Source: Auanema rhodensis
Lineage: Eukaryota > Animalia > Nematoda
Assembly (NCBI GenBank): GCA_964057225.1
Contig: OZ059898.1
Span: 1,550,001 to 1,614,000 of the forward strand
Length of the DNA stretch: 64,000 bases
Direction of reading: 5' to 3'
Position 1 is the stretch's first letter, and the number at the start of each line of letters is the position of its first letter. Of the stretch, positions 1 to 11,583 are shown piece by piece. The translations under genes and the position numbers were made by a program. The notes under the pieces were generated by a model, which was not told where the DNA came from, did not search any database, and was given only the letters and a program-made list of their open reading frames with translations.

Positions 1-32
1 CGCTAGCTTAAAAATGCACCGAGATATCAACT

Positions 33-54
33 GATATAAGTTCACACTTATATC
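33..54. other. Perfect 9-bp inverted repeat with 4-nt loop, once per monomer
   Basis: GATATAAGT [TCAC] ACTTATATC. It overlaps a second dyad, ATATCA [AC] TGATAT, at p24-37. Confidence 0.9.
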
Positions 55-204
55 CTCGATTTTCACCCTGAAGAATTAATTTTTTCGTTGAATAACATTG
101 TCCATCGTCTTTGCCTTGAAAAAAGGAATCTAAAAACATCTACTTTTTGCTGAATTATTTTGAAATTTTCTGAAAAAATTTTTGTCAAAATGTTTTTGGA
201 AGCA

Positions 205-232
205 ATGTTGAGTGTACATGGAAACTCAACAT
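205..232. other. Perfect 9-bp inverted repeat with 10-nt loop, once per monomer
   Basis: ATGTTGAGT [GTACATGGAA] ACTCAACAT. Confidence 0.9.
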
Positions 233-666
233 ACACTAATGCATCATTTTTCAAACGATCATAACTAATTTTTGTATTAAGCGTTTCTCAATGTAGTATA
301 GTGCATTCGATGCGGATTTTTGAGCTGCGTCGATCTGTGTTATCAGATTTGCGCTAGCTTAAAAATGCACCGAGATATCAACTGATATAAGTTCACACTT
401 ATATCCTCGATTTTCACCCTGAAGATTTAATTTTTTCGTTGAATAACATTGTCCATCGTCTTTGCCTTGAAAAATGGAATCTAAAAACATCTACTTTTTG
501 CTAAATTATTTTGAAATTTTTCGAAAAAATTTTTGTCAAAATGTTTTTGGAAGCAATGTTGAGTGTACATGGAAACTCAACATACACTAATGCATCATTT
601 TTCAAACGATCATAACTAATTTTTGTATTAAGCGTTTCTCAATGTAGTATAGTGCATTCGATGCGG

Positions 667-717
667 ATTTTTAAGCTGCGTCGATCTGTGTTATCAGATT
701 TGCGCTAGCTTAAAAAT
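667..717. other. 51-nt imperfect inverted repeat (p316 to p15 of the next monomer), once per monomer; first consensus example given
   Basis: ATTTTTAAGCT-GCG-TCG-ATCTG [TGTTAT] CAGAT-TTG-CGC-T-AGCTTAAAAAT: 11+3+5 Watson-Crick pairs, one bulged T and a 6-nt loop. Confidence 0.9.
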
Positions 718-3700
718 GCACCGAGATATCAACTGATATAAGTTCACACGTATATCCTCGATTTTCACCCTGAAGAATTAATTTTTTCGTTGAATAACAT
801 TGTCCATCGTCTTTGCCTTGAAAAAAGAAATCTAAAAACATCTACTTTCTGCTAAATTATTTTGAAATTTTTCGAAAAAATTTTTGTCAAAATGTTTTTG
901 GAAGCAATGTTGAGTGTACATGGAAACTCAACATACACTAATGCATCATTTTTCAAACGATCATAACTAATTTTTGTATTAAGCGTTTCTCAATGTCGTA
1001 TAGTGCATTCGATGCGGATTTTTAAGCTGCGTCGATCTGTGTTATCAGATTTGCGCTAGCTTAAAAATGCACCGAGATATCAACTGATATAAGTTCACAC
1101 TTATATCCTCGATTTTCACCCTGAAGAATTAATTTTTTCGTTGAATAACATTGTCCATCGTCTTTGCCTTGAAAAAAGGAATCTAAAAACATCTACTTTT
1201 TGCTAAATTATTCTGAAATTTTCTGAAAAAATTTTTGTCAAAATGTTTTTGGAAGCAATGTTGAGTGTACATGGAAACTCAACATACACTAATGCATCAT
1301 TTTTCAAACGATCATAACTAATTTTTGTATTAAGCGTTTCTCAATATAGTATAGTGGATTCGATGCGGATTTTTGAGCTGCGTCGATCTGTGTTATCAGA
1401 TTTGCGCTAGCTTAAAAATGCACCGAGATATCAACTGATATAAGTTCACACTTATATCCTCGATTTTCACCCTGAATATTTAATTTTTTCGTTGAATAAC
1501 ATTGTCCATCGTCTTTGCCTTGAAAAATGGAATCTAAAAACATCTACTTTTTGCTAAATTATTTTGAAATTTTTCGAAAAAATTTTTGTCAAAATGTTTT
1601 TGGAAGTAATGTTGAGTGTACATGGAAACTCAACATACACTAATGCATCATTTTTCAAACGATCATAACTAATTTTTGTATTAAGCGTTTCTCAATGTAG
1701 TATAGTGCATTCGATGCGGATTTTTAAGCTGCGTCGATCTGTGTTATCAGATTTGCGCTAGCTTAAAAATGCACCGAGATATCAACTGATATAAGTTCAC
1801 ACTTATATCCTCGATTTTCACCCTGAAGAATTAATTTTTTCGTTGAATAACATTGTCCATCGTCTTTGCCTTGAAAAAAGAAATCTAAAAACATCTACTT
1901 TTTGCTAAATTATTTTGAAATTTTCTGAAAAAATTTTTGTCAAAATGTTTTTGGAAGCAATGTTGAGTGTACATGGAAACTCAACATACACTAATGCATC
2001 ATTTTTCAAACGATCATAACTAATTTTTGTATTAAGCGTTTTTCAATGTAGTATAGTGCATTCGATGCGGATTTTTAAGCTGCGTCGATCTGTGTTATCA
2101 GATTTGCGCTAGCTTAAAAATGCACCGAGATATCAACTGATATAAGTTCACACTTATATCCTCGATTTTCACCCTGAAGATTTAATTTTTTCGTTGAATA
2201 ACATTGTCCATCGTCTTTGCCTTGAAAAATGGAATCTAAAAACATCTACTTTTTGCTAAATTATTTTGAAATTTTTCGAAAAAATTTTTGTCAAAATGTT
2301 TTTGGAAGCAATGTTGAGTGTACATGGAAACTCAACATACACTAATGCATCATTTTTCAAACGATCATAACTAATTTTTGTATTAAGCGTTTCTCAATGT
2401 AGTATAGTGCATTCGATGCGGATTTTTAAGCTGCGTCGATCTGTGTTATCAGATTTGCGCTAGCTTAAAAATGCACCGAGATATCAACTGATATAAGTTC
2501 ACACTTATATCCTCGATTTTCACCCTGAAGAATTAATTTTTTTGTTGAATAACACTGTCCATCGTCTTTGCCTTGAAAAAAGGAATCTAAAAACATCTAC
2601 TTTTTGCTAAATTATTTTGAAATTTTTCGAAAAAATTTTTGTCAAAATGTTTTTGGAAGCAATGTTGAGTGTACATGGAAACTCAACATACACTAATGCA
2701 TCATTTTTCAAACGATCATAACTAATTTTTGTATTAAGCGTTTCTCAATGTAGTATAGTGCATTCGATGCGGATTTTTAAGCTGCGTCGATCTGTGTTAT
2801 CAGATTTGCGCTAGCTTAAAAATGCACCGTGAAATCAACTGATATAAGTTCACACTTATATCCTCGATTTTCACCCTGAAGAATTAATTTTTTCGTTGAA
2901 TAACATTGTCCATCGTCTTTGCCTTGAAAAAAGGAATCTAAAAACATCTACTTTTTGCTAAATTATTTTGAAATTTTTCGAAAAAATTTTTGTCAAAATG
3001 TTTTTGGAAGCAATGTTGAGTGTACATGGAAACTCAACATACACTAATGCATCATTTTTCAAACGATCATAACTAATTTTTGTATTAAGCGTTTCTCAAT
3101 GTAGTATAGTGCATTCGATGCGGATTTTTAAGCTGCGTCGATCTGTGTTATCAGATTTGCGCTAGCTTAAAAATGCACCGAGATATCAACTGATATAAGT
3201 TCACACTTATATCCTCGATTTTCACCCTGAAGATTTAATTTTTTCGTTGAATAACATTGTCCATCGTCTTTGCCTTGAAAAATGGAATCTAAAAACATCT
3301 ACTTTTTGCTAAATTATTTTGAAATTTTTCGAAAAAATTTTTGTCAAAATGTTTTTGGAAGCAATGTTGAGTGTACATGGAAACTCAACATACACTAATG
3401 CATCATTTTTCAAACGATCATAACTAATTTTTGTATTAAGCGTTTTTCAATGTAGTATAGTGCATTCGATGCGGATTTTTAAGCTGCGTCGATCTGTGTT
3501 ATCAGATTTGCGCTAGCTTAAAAATGCACCGAGATATCAACTGATATAAGTTCACACTTATATCCTCGATTTTCACCCTGAAGAATTAATTTTTTTGTTG
3601 AATAACATTGTCCATCGTCTTTGCCTTGAAAAAAGGAATCTAAAAACATCTACTTTTTGCTAAATTATTTTGAAATTTTTCGAAAAAATTTTTGTCAAAA

Positions 3701-6669
3701 TGTTTTTGGAAGTAATGTTGAGTGTACATGGAAACTCAACATACACTAATGCATCATTTTTCAAACGATCATAACTAATTTTTGTATTAAGCGTTTCTCA
3801 ATGTAGTATAGTGCATTCGATGCGGATTTTTAAGCTGCGTCGATCTGTGTTATCAGATTTGCGCTAGCTTAAAAATGCACCGAGATATCAACTGATATAA
3901 GTTCACACTTATATCCTCGATTTTCACCCTGAAGAATTAATTTTTTCGTTGAATAACATTGTCCATCGTCTTTGCCTTGAAAAAAGAAATCTAAAAACAT
4001 CTACTTTTTGCTAAATTATTTTGAAATTTTCTGAAAAAATTTTTGTCAAAATGTTTTTGGAAGCAATGTTGAGTGTACATGGAAACTCAACATACACTAA
4101 TGCATCATTTTTCAAACGATCATAACTAATTTTTGTATTAAGCGTTTCTCAATGTAGTATAGTGCATTCGATGCGGATTTTTAAGCTGCGTCGATCTGTG
4201 TTATCAGATTTGCGCTAGCTTAAAAATGCACCGAGATATCAACTGATATAAGTTCACACTTATATCCTCGATTTTCACCCTGAAGATTTAATTTTTTCGT
4301 TGAATAACATTGTCCATCGTCTTTGCCTTGAAAAATGGAATCTAAAAACATCTACTTTTTGCTAAATTATTTTGAAATTTTTCGAAAAAATTTTTGTCAA
4401 AATGTTTTTGGAAGCAATGTTGAGTGTACATGGAAACTCAACATACACTAATGCATCATTTTTCAAACGATCATAACTAATTTTTGTATTAAGCGTTTCT
4501 CAATGTAGTATAGTGCATTCGATGCGGATTTTTAAGCTGCGTCGATCTGTGTTATCAGATTTGCGCTAGCTTAAAAATGCACCGTGAAATCAACTGATAT
4601 AAGTTCACACTTATATCCTCGATTTTCACCCTGAAGATTTAATTTTTTCGTTGAATAACATTGTCCATCGTCTTTGCCTTGAAAAATGGAATCTAAAAAC
4701 ATCTACTTTTTGCTAAATTATTTTGAAATTTTTCGAAAAAATTTTTGTCAAAATGTTTTTGGAAGCAATGTTGAGTGTACATGGAAACTCAACATACACT
4801 AATGCATCATTTTTCAAACGATCATAACTAATTTTTGTATTAAGCGTTTTTCAATGTAGTATAGTGCATTCGATGCGGATTTTTAAGCTGCGTCGATCTG
4901 TGTTATCAGATTTGCGCTAGCTTAAAAATGCACCGTGAAATCAACTGATATAAGTTCACACTTATATCCTCGATTTTCACCCTGAAGATTTAATTTTTTC
5001 GTTGAATAACATTGTCCATCGTCTTTGCCTTGAAAAATGGAATCTAAAAACATCTACTTTTTGCTAAATTATTTTGAAATTTTTCGAAAAAATTTTTGTC
5101 AAAATGTTTTTGGAAGCAATGTTGAGTGTACATGGAAACTCAACATACACTAATGCATCATTTTTCAAACGATCATAACTAATTTTTGTATTAAGCGTTT
5201 TTCAATGTAGTATAGTGCATTCGATGCGGATTTTTAAGCTGCGTCGATCTGTGTTATCAGATTTGCGCTAGCTTAAAAATGCACCGAGATATCAACTGAT
5301 ATAAGTTCACACTTATATCCTCGATTTTCACCCTGAAGAATTAATTTTTTTGTTGAATAACATTGTCCATCGTCTTTGCCTTGAAAAAAGGAATCTAAAA
5401 ACATCTACTTTTTGCTAAATTATTTTGAAATTTTTCGAAAAAATTTTTGTCAAAATGTTTTTGGAAGCAATGTTGAGTGTACATGGAAACTCAACATACA
5501 CTAATGCATCATTTTTCAAACGATCATAACTAATTTTTGTATTAAGCGTTTCTCAATGTAGTATAGTGCATTCGATGCGGATTTTTAAGCTGCGTCGATC
5601 TGTGTTATCAGATTTGCGCTAGCTTAAAAATGCACCGTGAAATCAACTGATATAAGTTCACACTTATATCCTCGATTTTCACCCTGAAGAATTAATTTTT
5701 TCGTTGAATAACATTGTCCATCGTCTTTGCCTTGAAAAAAGGAATCTAAAAACATCTACTTTTTGCTAAATTATTTTGAAATTTTTCGAAAAAATTTTTG
5801 TCAAAATGTTTTTGGAAGCAATGTTGAGTGTACATGGAAACTCAACATACACTAATGCATCATTTTTCAAACGATCATAACTAATTTTTGTATTAAGCGT
5901 TTCTCAATGTAGTATAGTGCATTCGATGCGGATTTTTAAGCTGCGTCGATCTGTGTTATCAGATTTGCGCTAGCTTAAAAATGCACCGAGATATCAACTG
6001 ATATAAGTTCACACTTATATCCTCGATTTTCACCCTGAAGATTTAATTTTTTCGTTGAATAACATTGTCCATCGTCTTTGCCTTGAAAAATGGAATCTAA
6101 AAACATCTACTTTTTGCTAAATTATTTTGAAATTTTTCGAAAAAATTTTTGTCAAAATGTTTTTGGAAGCAATGTTGAGTGTACATGGAAACTCAACATA
6201 CACTAATGCATCATTTTTCAAACGATCATAACTAATTTTTGTATTAAGCGTTTCTCAATGTAGTATAGTGCATTCGATGCGGATTTTTAAGCTGCGTCGA
6301 TCTGTGTTATCAGATTTGCGCTAGCTTAAAAATGCACCGTGAAATCAACTGATATAAGTTCACACTTATATCCTCGATTTTCACTCTGAAGATTTAATTT
6401 TTTCGTTGAATAACATTGTCCATCGTCTTTGCCTTGAAAAATGGAATCTAAAAACATCTACTTTTTGCTAAATTATTTTGAAATTTTTCGAAAAAATTTT
6501 TGTCAAAATGTTTTTGGAAGCAATGTTGAGTGTACATGGAAACTCAACATACACTAATGCATCATTTTTCAAACGATCATAACTAATTTTTGTATTAAGC
6601 GTTTTTCAATGTAGTATAGTGCATTCGATGCGGATTTTTAAGCTGCGTCGATCTGTGTTATCAGATTTG

Positions 6670-9600
6670 CGCTAGCTTAAAAATGCACCGAGATATCAAC
6701 TGATATAAGTTCACACTTATATCCTCGATTTTCACCCTGAAGAATTAATTTTTTTGTTGAATAACATTGTCCATCGTCTTTGCCTTGAAAAAAGGAATCT
6801 AAAAACATCTACTTTTTGCTAAATTATTTTGAAATTTTTCGAAAAAATTTTTGTCAAAATGTTTTTGGAAGCAATGTTGAGTGTACATGGAAACTCAACA
6901 TACACTAATGCATCATTTTTCAAACGATCATAACTAATTTTTGTATTAAGCGTTTCTCAATGTAGTATAGTGCATTCGATGCGGATTTTTAAGCTGCGTC
7001 GATCTGTGTTATCAGATTTGCGCTAGCTTAAAAATGCACCGTGAAATCAACTGATATAAGTTCACACTTATATCCTCGATTTTCACCCTGAAGAATTAAT
7101 TTTTTCGTTGAATAACATTGTCCATCGTCTTTGCCTTGAAAAAAGGAATCTAAAAACATCTACTTTTTGCTAAATTATTTTGAAATTTTTCGAAAAAATT
7201 TTTGTCAAAATGTTTTTGGAAGCAATGTTGAGTGTACATGGAAACTCAACATACACTAATGCATCATTTTTCAAACGATCATAACTAATTTTTGTATTAA
7301 GCGTTTCTCAATGTAGTATAGTGCATTCGATGCGGATTTTTAAGCTGCGTCGATCTGTGTTATCAGATTTGCGCTAGCTTGAAAATGCACCGAGATATCA
7401 ACTGATATAAGTTCACACTTATATCCTCGATTTTCACCCTGAAGATTTAATTTTTTCGTTGAATAACATTGTCCATCGTCTTTGCCTTGAAAAATGGAAT
7501 CTAAAAACATCTACTTTTTGCTAAATTATTTTGAAATTTTTCGAAAAAATTTTTGTCAAAATGTTTTTGGAAGCAATGTTGAGTGTACATGGAAACTCAA
7601 CATACACTAATGCATCATTTTTCAAACGATCATAACTAATTTTTGTATTAAGCGTTTCTCAATGTAGTATAGTGCATTCGATGCGGATTTTTAAGCTGCG
7701 TCGATCTGTGTTATCAGATTTGCGCTAGCTTAAAAATGCACCGAGATATCAACTGATATAAGTTCACACTTATATCCTCGATTTTCACCCTGAAGATTTA
7801 ATTTTTTCGTTGAATAACATTGTCCATCGTCTTTGCCTTGAAAAATGGAATCTAAAAACATCTACTTTTTGCTAAATTATTTTGAAATTTTACGAAAAAA
7901 TTTTTGTCAAAATGTTTTTGGAAGCAATGTTGAGTGTACATGGAAACTCAACATACACTAATGCATCATTTTTCAAACGATCATAACTAATTTTTGTATT
8001 AAGCGTTTCTCAATGTAGTATAGTGCATTCGATGCGGATTTTTAAGCTGCGTCGATCTGTGTTATCAGATTTGCGCTAGCTTAAAAATGCACCGAGATAT
8101 CAACTGATATAAGTTCACACATATATCCTCGATTTTCACCCTGAAGAATTAATTTTTTTGTTGAATAACATTGTCCATCGTCTTTGCCTTGAAAAAAGGA
8201 ATCTAAAAACATCTACTTTTTGCTAAATTATTTTGAAATTTTTCGAAAAAATTTTTGTCAAAATGTTTTTGGAAGCAATGTTGAGTGTACATGGAAACTC
8301 AACATACACTAATGCATCATTTTTCAAACGATCATAACTAATTTTTGTATTAAGCGTTTCTCAAAGTAGTATAGTGCATTCGATGCGGATTTTTAAGCTG
8401 CGTCGATCTGTGTTATCAGATTTGCGCTAGCTTAAAAATGCACCGAGATATCAACTGATATAAGTTCACACTTATATCCTCGATTTTCACCCTGAAGATT
8501 TAATTTTTTCGTTGAATAACATTGTCCATCGTCTTTGCCTTGAAAAATGGAATCTAAAAACATCTACTTTTTGCTAAATTATTTTGAAATTTTTCGAAAA
8601 AATTTTTGTCAAAATGTTTTTGGAAGCAATGTTGAGTGTACATGGAAACTCAACATACACTAATGCATCATTTTTCAAACGATCATAACTAATTTTTGTA
8701 TTAAGCGTTTCTCAATGTAGTATAGTGCATTCGATGCGGATTTTTAAGCTGCGTCGATCTGTGTTATCAGATTTGCGCTAGCTTAAAAATGCACCGTGAA
8801 ATCAACTGATATAAGTTCACACTTATATCCTCGATTTTCACCCTGAAGAATTAATTTTTTCGTTGAATAACATTGTCCATCGTCTTTGCCTTGAAAAAAG
8901 GAATCTAAAAACATCTACTTTTTGCTAAATTATTTTGAAATTTTTCGAAAAAATTTTTGTCAAAATGTTTTTGGAAGCAATGTTGAGTGTACATGGAAAC
9001 TCAACATACACTAATGCATCATTTTTCAAACGATCATAACTAATTTTTGTATTAAGCGTTTTTCAATGTAGTATAGTGCATTCGATGCGGATTTTTAAGC
9101 TGCGTCGATCTGTGTTATCAGATTTGCGCTAGCTTAAAAATGCACCGAGATATCAACTGATATAAGTTCACACTTATATCCTCGATTTTCACCCTGAAGA
9201 ATTAATTTTTTTGTTGAATAACATTGTCCATCGTCTTTGCCTTGAAAAAAGGAATCTAAAAACATCTACTTTTTGCTAAATTATTTTGAAATTTTTCGAA
9301 AAAATTTTTGTCAAAATGTTTTTGGAAGCAATGTTGAGTGTACATGGAAACTCAACATACACTAATGCATCATTTTTCAAACGATCATAACTAATTTTTG
9401 TATTAAGCGTTTCTCAATGTAGTATAGTGCATTCGATGCGGATTTTTAAGCTGCGTCGATCTGTGTTATCAGATTTGCGCTAGCTTAAAAATGCACCGTG
9501 AAATCAACTGATATAAGTTCACACTTATATCCTCGATTTTCACCCTGAAGAATTAATTTTTTCGTTGAATAACATTGTCCATCGTCTTTGCCTTGAAAAA

Positions 9601-11583
9601 AGGAATCTAAAAACATCTACTTTTTGCTAAATTATTTTGAAATTTTTCGAAAAAATTTTTGTCAAAATGTTTTTGGAAGCAATGTTGAGTGTACATGGAA
9701 ACTCAACATACACTAATGCATCATTTTTCAAACGATCATAACTAATTTTTGTATTAAGCGTTTCTCAATGTAGTATAGTGCATTCGATGCGGATTTTTAA
9801 GCTGCGTCGATCTGTGTTATCAGATTTGCGCTAGCTTGAAAATGCACCGAGATATCAACTGATATAAGTTCACACTTATATCCTCGATTTTCACCCTGAA
9901 GATTTAATTTTTTCGTTGAATAACATTGTCCATCGTCTTTGCCTTGAAAAATGGAATCTAAAAACATCTACTTTTTGCTAAATTATTTTGAAATTTTTCG
10001 AAAAAATTTTTGTCAAAATGTTTTTGGAAGCAATGTTGAGTGTACATGGAAACTCAACATACACTAATGCATCATTTTTCAAACGATCATAACTAATTTT
10101 TGTATTAAGCGTTTCTCAATGTAGTATAGTGCATTCGATGCGGATTTTTAAGCTGCGTCGATCTGTGTTATCAGATTTGCGCTAGCTTAAAAATGCACCG
10201 AGATATCAACTGATATAAGTTCACACTTATATCCTCGATTTTCACCCTGAAGATTTAATTTTTTCGTTGAATAACATTGTCCATCGTCTTTGCCTTGAAA
10301 AATGGAATCTAAAAACATCTACTTTTTGCTAAATTATTTTGAAATTTTTCGAAAAAATTTTTGTCAAAATGTTTTTGGAAGCAATGTTGAGTGTACATGG
10401 AAACTCAACATACACTAATGCATCATTTTTCAAACGATCATAACTAATTTTTGTATTAAGCGTTTCTCAATGTAGTATAGTGCATTCGATGCGGATTTTT
10501 AAGCTGCGTCGATCTGTGTTATCAGATTTGCGCTAGCTTAAAAATGCACCGAGATATCAACTGATATAAGTTCACACATATATCCTCGATTTTCACCCTG
10601 AAGAATTAATTTTTTTGTTGAATAACATTGTCCATCGTCTTTGCCTTGAAAAAAGGAATCTAAAAACATCTACTTTTTGCTAAATTATTTTGAAATTTTT
10701 CGAAAAAATTTTTGTCAAAATGTTTTTGGAAGCAATGTTGAGTGTACATGGAAACTCAACATACACTAATGCATCATTTTTCAAACGATCATAACTAATT
10801 TTTGTATTAAGCGTTTCTCAAAGTAGTATAGTGCATTCGATGCGGATTTTTAAGCTGCGTCGATCTGTGTTATCAGATTTGCGCTAGCTTAAAAATGCAC
10901 CGAGATATCAACTGATATAAGTTCACACTTATATCCTCGATTTTCACCCTGAAGATTTAATTTTTTCGTTGAATAACATTGTCCATCGTCTTTGCCTTGA
11001 AAAATGGAATCTAAAAACATCTACTTTTTGCTAAATTATTTTGAAATTTTTCGAAAAAATTTTTGTCAAAATGTTTTTGGAAGCAATGTTGAGTGTACAT
11101 GGAAACTCAACATACACTAATGCATCATTTTTCAAACGATCATAACTAATTTTTGTATTAAGCGTTTCTCAATGTAGTATAGTGCATTCGATGCGGATTT
11201 TTAAGCTGCGTCGATCTGTGTTATCAGATTTGCGCTAGCTTAAAAATGCACCGTGAAATCAACTGATATAAGTTCACACTTATATCCTCGATTTTCACCC
11301 TGAAGAATTAATTTTTTCGTTGAATAACATTGTCCATCGTCTTTGCCTTGAAAAAAGGAATCTAAAAACATCTACTTTTTGCTAAATTATTTTGAAATTT
11401 TTCGAAAAAATTTTTGTCAAAATGTTTTTGGAAGCAATGTTGAGTGTACATGGAAACTCAACATACACTAATGCATCATTTTTCAAACGATCATAACTAG
11501 TTTTTGTATTAAGCGTTTCTCAATGTAGTATAGTGCATTCGATGCGGATTTTTAAGCTGCGTCGATCTGTGTTATCAGATTTG
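6670..11583. repeat. Two-copy 7-mer higher-order repeat (2457 bp)
   Basis: M20-26 and M27-33 share haplotype order. Rare A10G occurs at 7381 and 9838, and the T48A+T292A monomer starts at 8074 and 10531, both pairs 2457 bp apart. Confidence 0.9.

Noticed and set aside
68-74. CTGAAGA matches the hammerhead ribozyme CUGANGA core; satellite hammerheads are known in newts, schistosomes and cave crickets
   Set aside because: No stem II can be formed to any downstream GAAA (p118, p162, p172, p221), and no NUH cleavage site precedes the only candidate stem I. No core was seen on the minus strand. An Infernal search with Rfam hammerhead models would settle it.
83-99. CENP-B-box-like TTCGTTGAA
   Set aside because: Only the TTCG....A part of NTTCGNNNNANNCGGGN matches; the CGGG is absent, and C86 is frequently mutated.
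63-254. 63-aa minus-strand ORF
   Set aside because: It has a TTG start and no recognisable domain. It is open only because private A152G in M1 turns the TAG stop present in other monomers into CAG (C150T copies have TAA).
1-351. Monomer as a diverged dimer of about 175-bp subunits
   Set aside because: No direct similarity between the halves is visible beyond A/T tracts. A sensitive self-alignment could revisit this.
333-357. Helitron-like 3' end (hairpin followed by CTAG)
   Set aside because: The local hairpin is short and not GC-rich, CTAG is followed by C rather than T, and it lies inside the larger inverted repeat. There is no supporting 5' end or flanking context.
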